From contig JAHDYR010000041.1 in the NCBI GenBank assembly GCA_019828565.1, positions 1 to 64,000 on the forward strand: a DNA stretch of 64,000 nt, written 5' to 3'. Shown here in pieces: positions 11,969 to 22,223 of the stretch. The position numbers and the translations under genes are program-made. Positions within the stretch are counted from its first letter, which is position 1, and every line of letters starts with the position of its first letter. A model generated the notes under the pieces. That model was not told the DNA's origin and made no database searches. It saw nothing but the letters and a program-made list of their open reading frames with translations. Origin of the DNA: Carpediemonas membranifera BICM (Eukaryota; Protista; Fornicata).

Positions 11969-13257
11969 TCAGACTTCTGCGCACGAATCTGCTTGAAGTC
12001 TGAATACCGCGAGATCGCGCGAGGTGCGCGATCTAGCTTATGCTGAGAACGTTTCGACTTCTTAAAGTCGGAAACCTTATAGGACAAAGAAAACTTGTCC
12101 GGGCGGAAAGCCTCATACTCATCCAAACGACGATAACGAAGGTAGTCCTTCAATATCGCCTTCGTGTTAGGATTGCGCATACTAGATATCACGCGATCAT
12201 ACATACGACGTGAGTACGGAGAAAGGGAATCGCGGAACTGCAAGCGTTTCGCAGTAGGGTTGCGGAAAGAGGATGCCCACTTAACGAGATCCTGGTTCTC
12301 GACAGCATCAAACTCAGCCCAAAAGGGCTGCAGACGTCTAGACGTACTGCGAAAATCGGGATGATAAGTTCGAATGAGCTTCGACCACTGCGGAGCATCG
12401 GACGAATACTGCAGATGCTTCATCGCATAAGGATAAAGCGACTTAGGATTGTGATAACGCGCATTACGAAGAGGCGCTGCTGGGGGCACATAAACGCCGG
12501 CGAGGCGATCAAACGCCTCGTCGCGCTTCTCCGGGACAGACGACCGAGCCTTACGAACAAGAGGAGCAGTAGGTCTCCGCTTACGAGGAGGAGCGCTCTG
12601 TCGAGCAGGAGGAGCAGCGTCCTCTTCCGGACGCTGCTCAATGGGACCAAGGGCAGGCTCGGGAACAGAACGGTGATCGGGAGCATTCATGATTGGAACC
12701 GAGAGATAGACATGCCCCAAAATAGGGTCACGGTAGGAACGCAGCACCTTGCCTGCGTCCTGGTGAACCGTAAAAAAGGCATTACGATGCTTACCAAGAG
12801 TACGCACAATACCTGGCATATCGTCCAAAACTGACATAACATGAAGAGTGTTATGCCCAGGCTGATACGGCTTCGGCTGCTGGCTGTCAGGAACAGAACT
12901 GACAACGTCGCGCAAATAAATTGCGGACTTCAGCCAGCCTTCCTTCAGCGCAGAATCCTTAGTAGGAACCTCGCGAAACCACTTGCCAAAAGCAAGCTTC
13001 GTCGCAGGATCTCCAGACTTGAAGGCAAGATCATGAACCGCAGAAAGAGTATTCATGCGAACTTCGCCCGACTTAATGTAGCGAAGCAAATCACCGACGG
13101 CCGCATAATCATGCGAGCCAGGTCCAATAGAATCGCCGTACGGAGCAAGCCCGCCGGCTGACTTCTTATTGGAAAGATAATCGATTACGTCACCACGTAA
13201 ATCGGAGTCACTGACATACGAACGCACAAAAGCATCCCAATCAACGTCAGATGACAT
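11967..13257 (-). pseudogene. Viral PLA2-like/Arg-rich protein, copy 1 (3'-truncated at the integration junction)
   Basis: Matches 18215-19675 up to the junction; the ORF runs on into flanking DNA to 11851. Confidence 0.85.
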
Positions 13258-13369
13258 CGCGCAGCAAAAAACAACAAATAAGCGCCAGGTGCACTACAGC
13301 GCACCCTGACGCTCTCCTCTACCGAGAGGAATTGACCAAAAAACAGACCTATAAATGCCGGGGACAGTG

Positions 13370-13469
13370 GCCAATTCCCGCTAGTAATATTAAGGGCGCA
13401 TTTCAGCACACGACAGTTTAAGGTAAACTTAAACTGCGCGCGCTTCGCGCCCTTCTAGCGGGAATTGGC
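13370..13469 (-). promoter_or_regulatory. Viral rolling-circle origin 1 (TAATATTAC on the minus strand, 13384-13392)
   Basis: Nested stems gccaattcccgctag/ctagcgggaattggc, aagggcgc/gcgccctt and cagtttaag/cttaaactg, between divergent genes. Confidence 0.85.
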
Positions 13470-13548
13470 TACTCATTTCTGAATCATTCAAAATGAGATG
13501 GATTGCAAATCCTGGATCGAGATTTGCGCAGTTTTGGGTGGGTCAGAA

Positions 13549-14403
13549 ATGCAAGCGAAGACGTGGTTTCTAACATACCCACGTTGGAACGCGGATAGTC
13601 CTACAGAGTTCCATGAAATCATGCAAGGCATCACTCTATTACTTGACAAAGAATTTAACAGAGAATACGTCGCTTACGTCATCGCTCGAGAGAAACACCA
13701 CGACCCCGAAGACTCCGACGAATCGTGTAACTTGCACTATCACATCTTCCTGAAACTTAACAACAAATTAAGATGGAACGCAAAGACATCACCTCATGCA
13801 TGGGATCTATGGGGCAATCACCCAAACGTGCAAACGTGTAGATCGCCCGACGCAGTCGTGAAATACTGCCAGAAGGAGGGGGATTACGAAGCCGACGGGG
13901 TTAACCTAGAGAGCCGAGCCAAGAAGCGAAAGGCATATAATCTCGAGATGTTCACCAGAGACCCGCTGGATCTGGTGAAAGAGGGCCTAGTTAACCCAGC
14001 ACAATACCTTAACTGTGTTAAGGCGCAGGCTCACTACAAACTACACGCAGAGCCCCAGACTCACGCAGAAGGCACCAGAGGCATCTGGATCTGGGGCGAA
14101 CCAGGAGTTGGAAAGTCGCACGCCGCAAGACACGAATACGGCGAAAGCATCTTCGTTAAGGCTCAGAATAAGTGGTGGGACGGCTACAAGGGCGAAACGG
14201 TAATCATTCTGGATGACCTAGACACACCTGTGCTGAACCACTACCTCAAAATCTGGGCAGACAGATGGGCTTGCTCCGGTGAGGTGAAAGGCTCAACTGT
14301 GCCACTCAGGCACGAGACGTTCATCGTCACGTCAAACTATCCAATTGAGCACTTCACAGACGGGGACAATGCAATGAGAGAGGCGCTGACGAGGGAGGTT
14401 TAA
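13549..14403 (+). CDS. rep: CRESS Rep copy 1 (C-terminal +1 G frameshift near 14393 removes the RRF Arg finger)
   Basis: FLTYP, LHYH, YCQK, GEPGVGKS, ILDDL, VTSN. Start MQAK preferred over 13498 because of the shared gtcagaaATG context. Confidence 0.95.
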   Translation: MQAKTWFLTYPRWNADSPTEFHEIMQGITLLLDKEFNREYVAYVIAREKHHDPEDSDESCNLHYHIFLKLNNKLRWNAKTSPHAWDLWGNHPNVQTCRSPDAVVKYCQKEGDYEADGVNLESRAKKRKAYNLEMFTRDPLDLVKEGLVNPAQYLNCVKAQAHYKLHAEPQTHAEGTRGIWIWGEPGVGKSHAARHEYGESIFVKAQNKWWDGYKGETVIILDDLDTPVLNHYLKIWADRWACSGEVKGSTVPLRHETFIVTSNYPIEHFTDGDNAMREALTREV

Positions 14404-14839
14404 GGTGAGACACCTACAGAAGATGAAAGAGAGAATGTAAAGACTAACGAACAATTTAAGCAATCGAAGATTGGCCTGATATTGGCTAGAGCAGAAGGTA
14501 TAATAGCCGAGGGGGTTGACGCGTATAGCGCAACAATAAGGGAAAAGCGTGGGTTCAAGTGAGAAAAAAGAACACCACGTGCTATCAAAAAAAGACTTGG
14601 GTTCGAGCCCAAGACAGATAGGAGAAATGCCACCCGGCTTCGCCGGGCGGACTTTGGGAAATCCGTATAGTAAATCATATCTAGATAAATCTAGTAGATT
14701 TCCTGGATACGGTGGTCAGCTAGATTTAAGAAAAATCTTGACCAAAGTGATTTGATATAATAAAAATGAGACGATTCGCAATCTCGACACCGTCGACACC
14801 GCGATCTCGCAAAACCCGCCGGGCCATAAGAACCACGAA

Positions 14840-15463
14840 ATGGTTTGTTGACTGATATGCCCCGTCGAGGGCTGGGGTGTATCAAAACGATGTTTATATA
14901 GGATCAACACGCTCACGTTCAGTTCTCTCCGTCAAACTCCGATGTTCGTTTCACTTAGCGTTTTCACCCAGTTCAGCACCCAGCAGCTTAGGGTCGAGGA
15001 CCTTCCGACCCTGGAACCTCACCAGGACACGCCTGAGGGTCAGCGCCTCCTCTCCGACGACTCCCTCTTCAGCACGCCGCCTGAAGCCAGCATGTACGAT
15101 CTATGGAGCGCTCCGCAAACTCCTGACCTCTCCCGCTGCCGGCAGAAGCTGAATTTTCAGGATTACCTGAAGACGACTGAAAGCGAAGAGGAAGACGATG
15201 ACTTGTTCATCGAGCATGAGCCGGCAGGGGACGACTGCGACATGGAATGGAATCCGGGGTACACCAGCGACGAAGTCTGGGAGCGCTACGTCGCAACATG
15301 TGAGCGCGTAGGTACGATCTGGCCTAGAGTAGAGGTCATATCCCGTTGGAAGGAGGAGGAGCCAGAGGGAGAGGATGAGCTTCAGCGCTTCATCTGGAGC
15401 TGGTTCACGGATGACCAGCTCCAGAACGTGCCCTCGTGGCTGAGAGAGCACGAGTTCGAATAA
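14840..15463 (+). CDS. Viral acidic protein, spliced: join(14840-14842,14902-14943,14972-15463), 178 aa
   Basis: Introns GTTTGT..TAG (59 nt) and GTTCGT..CAG (28 nt), conserved in position and phase across divergent alleles. Confidence 0.8.
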
Positions 15464-15809
15464 AGACTGATAATGTTTATGTTGTTTCGGGCCTCCGACT
15501 GCCCAGTAAAACTGGGACGGCCCTTTATATCTTCAGCTTTTCATTGCATTCCCGGCGTTCGCTACGTACCTCCGCTCAGGCTTTCGCCGGCTATCTTACG
15601 CGCTATCGCGCGCGCTGCTGCGCGAGCTATGTAAATGGGGCCCCTCCCCCATTTATGGGGTTTCCGAATTAACGTAAAGAGTCGTGTTCACATTTAAGTG
15701 CAGATCAAAATTTGAATTAATCAAAATGAGATGGATCGCAAATCCCGGATCACTTTTTTGATCTCGACACACGACGACACCACAAAACGCAGTTTTACCC
15801 GAGTCAGAA

Positions 15810-16418
15810 ATGAACGAGAGAGCAAAAGACGAACAAAACCTCGTAGAGCAACTGGAAACAGCTGCCAAATGGTTCCCAACGATGTATATTCCGCATTTCC
15901 AACGCGAAATCGAAAAAGCACTACACAATAGCGCACAACCCGTTTATCCGCTAGAAACTGCGAACAAAACGAGCCTCAAGAACTGGTACTTCTCATGGAT
16001 GACACAAGAAGACAGACCGACAAACGTTTTCGCTAAGCAACTCGCTAACAAACTAAGAGAAGGAACTATCACAGTTCGCGCAACAGCGCTGACCGATGGT
16101 GGGCCATGGACGACAATCTACCACTGCGAAATACACTCTGCAAGCCGCATCTCGGGTAAAATGCTCGCAACAACAGTAACAGAGGTCGCGAGAGATAACG
16201 GCGTCATAACATCAGTGACGATGGCATACAAGCAGCCGCAATTCCGCGACTACCGCATCACTGAAGGATATGCCCACGAACCAAACGACAAATCAATTCT
16301 AATGACAGTCGAAGGCACGAGGGCCATATACTCAGAAAAAGCAGTCGTCGAAGAAGAAGAAGACACAAGACAACTAGAGGTGACACAAGAAGGTCATGGA
16401 TTTAATTTGCATAAATAA
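15810..16418 (+). CDS. Viral hypothetical protein (202 aa), copy 1
   Basis: Length conserved with the divergent copy 22224-22832; shares its leader motif with rep. Confidence 0.85.
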   Translation: MNERAKDEQNLVEQLETAAKWFPTMYIPHFQREIEKALHNSAQPVYPLETANKTSLKNWYFSWMTQEDRPTNVFAKQLANKLREGTITVRATALTDGGPWTTIYHCEIHSASRISGKMLATTVTEVARDNGVITSVTMAYKQPQFRDYRITEGYAHEPNDKSILMTVEGTRAIYSEKAVVEEEEDTRQLEVTQEGHGFNLHK

Positions 16419-17394
16419 TGGTAATACCAATACCAGGGGTTTGGACAGTATCGCCGTCTGGGACGACCATAGGCAGAAACGCCTTGTAACGATCAACAGA
16501 AAAAGGATCTGTTGTCTTCTCAATCAAATGCAGGTTGCCCGCATTGGGAGTGCCAACTACCTTCCATTCAAGATCATATGGGGCAACAAACAAGCACTCG
16601 GGGCTAATCCCGGGAGAAAGAGAATGCTGCCTCTCCAAGGGCATCAACATAGGATCCCACGACGGAGTACCAGGAGGAAGAGAGCTACCCTCCGTATCCA
16701 ACTGAACGCGGAGGTCAGACGGAATAAAATAGGTATCAACAAACAGCACACAGGGAGATGACTTAGAAGTCAACTCTTGACCTGGGAGCCTATAACGCTG
16801 AAGCTGAATCAAGTTCACGCCAGACTCATAGTTGATAGCAACCGAGAGAGACGACGACCCATCGTCATGAGTAACAACACGAGAAACACACGGATGACGA
16901 TCAATCAAATGCAACTGAGTTGCCTTTCTACCTACAGGGAAATCGTTCGAATCGCCACCATAGATAGTCAGAAATGGGGGGTCGGGAACAAACGCTGGAC
17001 GCGGCTGGAAGGTGGACCCAGTCCACCCACCATCACCATCAACGACGCGAATGCCAGCGAGAGAAGAAGATTCTTCCAGAGCAGAAACAATTTCCTGCTC
17101 GACTGCGCCCGGCTCAAGAAAAGCCGAGCCAGAAGCAGTCTCCATCAAACCAACATTCATAAAGCCGTTAACGACGAACACTCCAAAACAAAAGCCTTGA
17201 TCACACTGCTCATCCGGCGTAATCGGATCGCCGGAAGCATTACACATACGAGCATAACCAGAGCAGGAAGTAAGCGTCTTCACCTTCTGACCATAACTAT
17301 GCATATCATCGTAACGAACACCAACAGTAGCATGCTCGCCAAATCGCAAAACATGCTCATTGTAAGCCGACAACGCGTTCGACGGATAACTCAT
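16402..17394 (-). CDS. Viral protein (330 aa) downstream of the capsid; candidate second structural or protruding-domain protein
   Basis: Protein nearly unchanged in copy 2 apart from an in-frame deletion; same frame as the capsid ORF. Confidence 0.8.
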   Translation of the reverse strand: MSYPSNALSAYNEHVLRFGEHATVGVRYDDMHSYGQKVKTLTSCSGYARMCNASGDPITPDEQCDQGFCFGVFVVNGFMNVGLMETASGSAFLEPGAVEQEIVSALEESSSLAGIRVVDGDGGWTGSTFQPRPAFVPDPPFLTIYGGDSNDFPVGRKATQLHLIDRHPCVSRVVTHDDGSSSLSVAINYESGVNLIQLQRYRLPGQELTSKSSPCVLFVDTYFIPSDLRVQLDTEGSSLPPGTPSWDPMLMPLERQHSLSPGISPECLFVAPYDLEWKVVGTPNAGNLHLIEKTTDPFSVDRYKAFLPMVVPDGDTVQTPGIGITIIYAN

Positions 17395-17412
17395 TAACAG
17401 AACAGATCAAGT

Positions 17413-18207
17413 TTATGTAGAAGGAGACAGATAAGACGCAATCGTCTTCTCTGCAGAAGGCATCGAAAACTCAACAGTATACTCGATCCAAAAACGACCG
17501 AGCAGATCGGGGGTAGAACGGGTAGCAGAGCTAGCATAGACAAACTGACCGTTATCAGTACCACGGTCAGGAGCATTCGTAAACTGAGGGTTAGTAGACT
17601 TGCTGGAGGAGCGAACCGGTACGGGCAACGACCAAGAAGACCAGCAAGGACCGGAGGCAGAACATTCGTTCTGCAACATACGAGTGGGATCAACAGGAAC
17701 GGGCTCCAGAGGATTGGGCTCCCACATAATAGTGATAGTGCCAGCGCCCTGAGGAGATTCCTCGGGCTGATAGACAAGGTGAGCAGATACGATCTTGTAA
17801 CGATCGAAGTTCTTGCTCAGCGCATCGAGGCGGTTAAACACATTTCCAACCGTAAAAGGGTGATGACCCATGCCGGACCTATAAATGCCGCCAGCCTGAG
17901 TAATGGCGGCATCCTGGATCTGATAACGACTATCGCGGTAAATCCGATAGTCCACAGCAGGGTGAACAGCCGGGTCTGTACGAGCAGTCACGGGAAACAG
18001 AACCTCGCGGAAGGTCATGCGGAGACGGCCGTTACTCCGGGGCGAGATGATCTTCGTCTTGCGATACACGGACCGACGAAAGGGAAAACGACGCGAAGTA
18101 GTAGCCCGCTTACGCGATGTACGGCGAGGACGACGAGTGAAACCACGACGGGTTCGGCGAGGCCGACGGCTAGACCGACGGCGATTTCTTCTAGCTCCAT
18201 ATGCCAT
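17413..18207 (-). CDS. cap: Capsid protein (264 aa): Arg-rich arm + tombusvirus-like S-domain jelly roll
   Basis: MAYGARRNRRR arm; FREVL, FNRLDALSKNFDRYKIVSAHLVYQP, GTITIMWEPNPLEPVP, DNGQF and LGRFWIEYTVEFSMP match S-domain motifs. Confidence 0.88.
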   Translation of the reverse strand: MAYGARRNRRRSSRRPRRTRRGFTRRPRRTSRKRATTSRRFPFRRSVYRKTKIISPRSNGRLRMTFREVLFPVTARTDPAVHPAVDYRIYRDSRYQIQDAAITQAGGIYRSGMGHHPFTVGNVFNRLDALSKNFDRYKIVSAHLVYQPEESPQGAGTITIMWEPNPLEPVPVDPTRMLQNECSASGPCWSSWSLPVPVRSSSKSTNPQFTNAPDRGTDNGQFVYASSATRSTPDLLGRFWIEYTVEFSMPSAEKTIASYLSPST

Positions 18208-18214
18208 ATTTATG

Positions 18215-19675
18215 TCAATATTTACGCCAACGATAGACCCGCCGAGACTGGCGATATCCACGAGAATTATAATATCTACGATAACGAGGTCGCCACATAG
18301 GAGTGCGCCCAAAATTGCGTGGCTTATACCAACGGGCACCGCGATGGGTGAAAAACTTGGAATGCCAAGTAGGACGGAAGGGGCGACGCTCAGACTTCTG
18401 CGCGCGAGTCTGCTTGAAGTCTGAATACCGCGAGATCGCGCGAGGGGCGCGATCTAGCTGATGAGAGCGTTTCGACTTCTTAAAGTCGGAAACCTTGTAA
18501 GACAAAGAAAACTTGTCTGGGCGAAGAGCCTCATACTCATCCAACCGACGATAACGAAGATAATCCTTCAATATCGCCTTCTGGTTAGGATTACGCATAC
18601 TAGCTATCACCCGATCATACATATGACAGGAGTACGGACTAAGGGAATCGCGAAACTGCAAACGTTTCGCAGTCGGGTTACGGAAAGACGATGCCCACTT
18701 AACGAGATCCTGGTTCTCGACAGCATCAAACTCAGCCCAAAAGGGCTGCAGACGTCTAGACGTACTGCGAAAATCGGGATGATAAGTTCGAATGAGCTTC
18801 GACCACTGCGGAGCATCGGACGAATACTGCAGATGCTTCATCGCATAAGGATAAAGCGACTTAGGATTGTGATAACGCGCATTACGAACAGGCGCTGCTG
18901 GGGGCACATAAACGCCGGCGAGGCGATCAAACGCCTCGTCGCGCTTCTCCGGGACAGACGACCGAGCCTTACGAACAAGAGGAGCAGTAGGTCTCCGCTT
19001 ACGAGGAGGAGCGCTCTGTCGAGCAGGAGGAGCAGCGTCCTCTTCCGGACGCTGCTCAATGGGACCAAGGGCAGGCTCGGGAACAGAACGGTGATCGGGA
19101 GCATTCATGATTGGAACCGAGAGATAGACATGCCCCAAAATAGGGTCACGGTAGGAACGCAGCACCTTGCCTGCGTCCTGGTGAACCGTAAAAAAGGCAT
19201 TACGATGCTTACCAAGAGTACGCACAATACCTGGCATATCGTCCAAAACTGACATAACATGAAGAGTGTTATGCCCAGGCTGATACGGCTTCGGCTGCTG
19301 GCTGTCAGGAACAGAACTGACAACGTCGCGCAAATAAATTGCGGACTTCAGCCAGCCTTCCTTCAGCGCAGAATCCTTAGTAGGAACCTCGCGAAACCAC
19401 TTGCCAAAAGCAAGCTTCGTCGCAGGATCTCCAGACTTGAAGGCAAGATCATGAACCGCAGAAAGAGTATTCATGCGAACTTCGCCCGACTTAATGTAGC
19501 GAAGCAAATCACCGACGGCCGCATAATCATGCGAGCCAGGTCCAATAGAATCGCCGTACGGAGCAAGCCCGCCGGCTGACTTCTTATTGGAAAGATAATC
19601 GATTACGTCACCACGTAAATCGGAGTCACTGACATACGAACGCACAAAAGCATCCCAATCAACGTCAGATGACAT
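18215..19675 (-). CDS. Viral 486-aa protein with N-terminal PLA2-like motifs and Arg/Tyr-rich C-terminus
   Basis: PYGDSIGPG and NTLSAVHDLAF motifs; basic tail RPRYRRYYNSRGYRQSRRVYRWRKY. Confidence 0.8.
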   Translation of the reverse strand: MSSDVDWDAFVRSYVSDSDLRGDVIDYLSNKKSAGGLAPYGDSIGPGSHDYAAVGDLLRYIKSGEVRMNTLSAVHDLAFKSGDPATKLAFGKWFREVPTKDSALKEGWLKSAIYLRDVVSSVPDSQQPKPYQPGHNTLHVMSVLDDMPGIVRTLGKHRNAFFTVHQDAGKVLRSYRDPILGHVYLSVPIMNAPDHRSVPEPALGPIEQRPEEDAAPPARQSAPPRKRRPTAPLVRKARSSVPEKRDEAFDRLAGVYVPPAAPVRNARYHNPKSLYPYAMKHLQYSSDAPQWSKLIRTYHPDFRSTSRRLQPFWAEFDAVENQDLVKWASSFRNPTAKRLQFRDSLSPYSCHMYDRVIASMRNPNQKAILKDYLRYRRLDEYEALRPDKFSLSYKVSDFKKSKRSHQLDRAPRAISRYSDFKQTRAQKSERRPFRPTWHSKFFTHRGARWYKPRNFGRTPMWRPRYRRYYNSRGYRQSRRVYRWRKY

Positions 19676-19786
19676 CGCGCAGCAAAAAACAACAAATAAG
19701 CGCCAGGTGCACTACAGCGCACCCTGACGCTCCTCTACCGAGAGGAATTGACCAAAAAACAGACCTATAAATGCCGGGGACGAGTG

Positions 19787-19886
19787 GCCAATTCCCGCTA
19801 GTAATATTAAGGGCGCATTTCAGCACACGACAGTTTAAGGTAAACTTAAACTGCGCGCGCTTCGCGCCCTTCTAGCGGGAATTGGC
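19787..19886 (-). promoter_or_regulatory. Viral origin 2 (nonamer 19801-19809)
   Basis: Same hairpin and TAATATTAC as origin 1. Confidence 0.85.
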
Positions 19887-19964
19887 TACTCATTTTGAAT
19901 CATTCAAAATGAGATGGATTGCAAATCCTGGATCGAGATTTGCGCAGTTTTGGGTGGGTCAGAA

Positions 19965-20855
19965 ATGCAAGCGAAGACGTGGTTTCTAACATACCCGCGT
20001 TGGAACGCGGATAGTCCTACAGAGTTCAATGAAATCATGCAAGGCATCACTCTCTTACTTGACAAAGAATTTAACAGAGAATACGTCGCTTACGTCATCG
20101 CTCGAGAGAAACACCACGACCCCGAAGACTCCGACGAATCGTGTAACTTGCACTATCACATCTTCCTGAAACTTAACAACAAATTAAGATGGAACGCAAA
20201 GACATCACCTCATGCATGGGATCTATGGGGCAATCACCCAAACGTGCAAACGTGTAGATCGCCCGACGCAGTCGTGAAATACTGCCAGAAGGAGGGGGAT
20301 TACGAAGCCGACGGGGTTAACCTAGAGAGCCGAGCCAAGAAGCGAAAGGCATATAATCTCGAGATGTTCACCAGAGACCCGCTGGATCTGGTGAAAGAGG
20401 GCCTAGTTAACCCAGCACAATACCTTAACTGTGTTAAGGCGCAGGCTCACTACAAACTACACGCAGAGCCCCAGACTCACGCAGAAGGCACCAGAGGCAT
20501 CTGGATCTGGGGCGAACCAGGAGTTGGAAAGTCGCACGCCGCAAGACACGAATACGGCGAAAGCATCTTCGTTAAGGCTCAGAATAAGTGGTGGGACGGC
20601 TACAAGGGCGAAACGGTAATCATTCTGGATGACCTAGACACACCTGTGCTGAACCACTACCTCAAAATCTGGGCAGACAGATGGGCTTGCTCCGGTGAGG
20701 TGAAAGGCTCAACTGTGCCACTCAGGCACGAGACGTTCATCGTCACGTCAAACTATCCAATTGAGCACTTCACAGACGGGGACAATGCAATGAGAGAGGC
20801 GCTGACGAGGAGGTTTAAGGTGAGACACCTACAGAAGATGAAAGAGAGAATGTAA
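19965..20855 (+). CDS. rep: CRESS Rep copy 2 (intact)
   Basis: All HUH and SF3 motifs including RRF. Confidence 0.96.
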   Translation: MQAKTWFLTYPRWNADSPTEFNEIMQGITLLLDKEFNREYVAYVIAREKHHDPEDSDESCNLHYHIFLKLNNKLRWNAKTSPHAWDLWGNHPNVQTCRSPDAVVKYCQKEGDYEADGVNLESRAKKRKAYNLEMFTRDPLDLVKEGLVNPAQYLNCVKAQAHYKLHAEPQTHAEGTRGIWIWGEPGVGKSHAARHEYGESIFVKAQNKWWDGYKGETVIILDDLDTPVLNHYLKIWADRWACSGEVKGSTVPLRHETFIVTSNYPIEHFTDGDNAMREALTRRFKVRHLQKMKERM

Positions 20856-21252
20856 AGACTAACGAACAATTTAAGCAATCGAAGATTGGCCTGATATTGG
20901 CTAGAGCAGAAGGTATAATAGCCGAGGGGGTTGACGCGTATAGCGCAACAATAAGGGAAAAGCGTGGGTTCAAGTGAGAAAAAGAACACCACGTGCTATC
21001 AAAAAAGACTTGGGTTCGAGCCCAAGACAGATAGGAGAAATGCCACCCGGCTTCGCCGGGCGGACTTTGGGAAATCCGTATAGTAAATCATATCTAGATA
21101 AATCTAGTAGATTTCCTGGATACGGTGGTCAGCTAGATTTAAGAAAAATCTTGACCAAAGTGATTTGATATAATCAAAATGAGACGATTCGCAATCTCGA
21201 CACCGTCGACACCGCGATCTCGCAAAACCCGCCGGGCCATAAGAACCACGAA

Positions 21253-21879
21253 ATGGTTTGTTGACTGATATGCCCCGTCGAGGGCTGGGGTGTATCAAAA
21301 CGATGTTTATATAGGATCAACACGCTCACGTTCAGTTCTCTCCGTCAAACTCCGATGTTCGTTTCACTTAGCGTTTTCACCCAGTTCAGCACCCAGCAGC
21401 TTAGGGTCGAGGACCTTCCGACCCTGGAACCTCACCAGGACACGCCTGAGGGTCAGCGCCTCCTCTCCGACGACTCCCTCTTCAGCACGCCGCCTGAAGC
21501 CAGCATGTACGATCTATGGAGCGCTCCGCAAACTCCTGACCTCTCCCGCTGCCGGCAGAAGCTGAATTTTCAGGATTACCTGAAGACGACTGAAAGCGAA
21601 GAGGAAGACGATGACTTGTTCATCGAGCATGAGCCGGCAGGGGACGACTGCGACATGGAATGGAATCCGGGGTACACCAGCGACGAAGTCTGGGAGCGCT
21701 ACGTCGCAACATGTGAGCGCGTAGGTACGATCTGGCCTAGAGTAGAGGTCATATCCCGTTGGAGGGAGGAGGAGCCGGAGGGAGAGGCAGAACTGAACCA
21801 CTTCATTTGGACGTGGTTTACCGACGAGCAACTCCTAAACGTGCCCTCATACCTGAGAGAGCACGAATTCGATATGTAA
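21253..21879 (+). CDS. Viral acidic protein copy 2: join(21253-21255,21315-21356,21385-21879)
   Basis: Same splice sites as copy 1; C-terminus diverged. Confidence 0.8.
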
Positions 21880-22223
21880 ACATTCTGAGTATTTAAGTTG
21901 TTTCGGGCCTCCGACTGCCCAGTAAAACTGGGACGGCCCTTATATTTTCAGCTTTTCATTGCATTCCCGGCGTTCGCTACGTACCTCCGCTCAGGCTTTC
22001 GCCGGCTATCTTACGCGCTACCGCGCGCGCTGCTGCGCGAGCTATTTAAATGGGGCCCCTCCCCCATTTATGGGGTTTCCGAATTAACGTAAACAGTCGT
22101 GTTCACAATTAAGTACAATCAAACCGTTTGAATTAATCAAAATGAGACGGATCGCAAATCCCGGATTGCTTTTGATCTCGACACACGACGACACTACAAA
22201 CCGCAGTTTTACCGGAGTTAGAA

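Noticed and set aside
14385-14403. Rep copy 1 as a certain pseudogene
   Set aside because: Single extra G in a short G-run; a similar apparent homopolymer error occurs in SRP19, so it may be an assembly error.
17380-17440. Readthrough or splicing fusing the capsid to the 330-aa ORF
   Set aside because: Two different stops (TAA, TGA) intervene and there is no host-like donor site.
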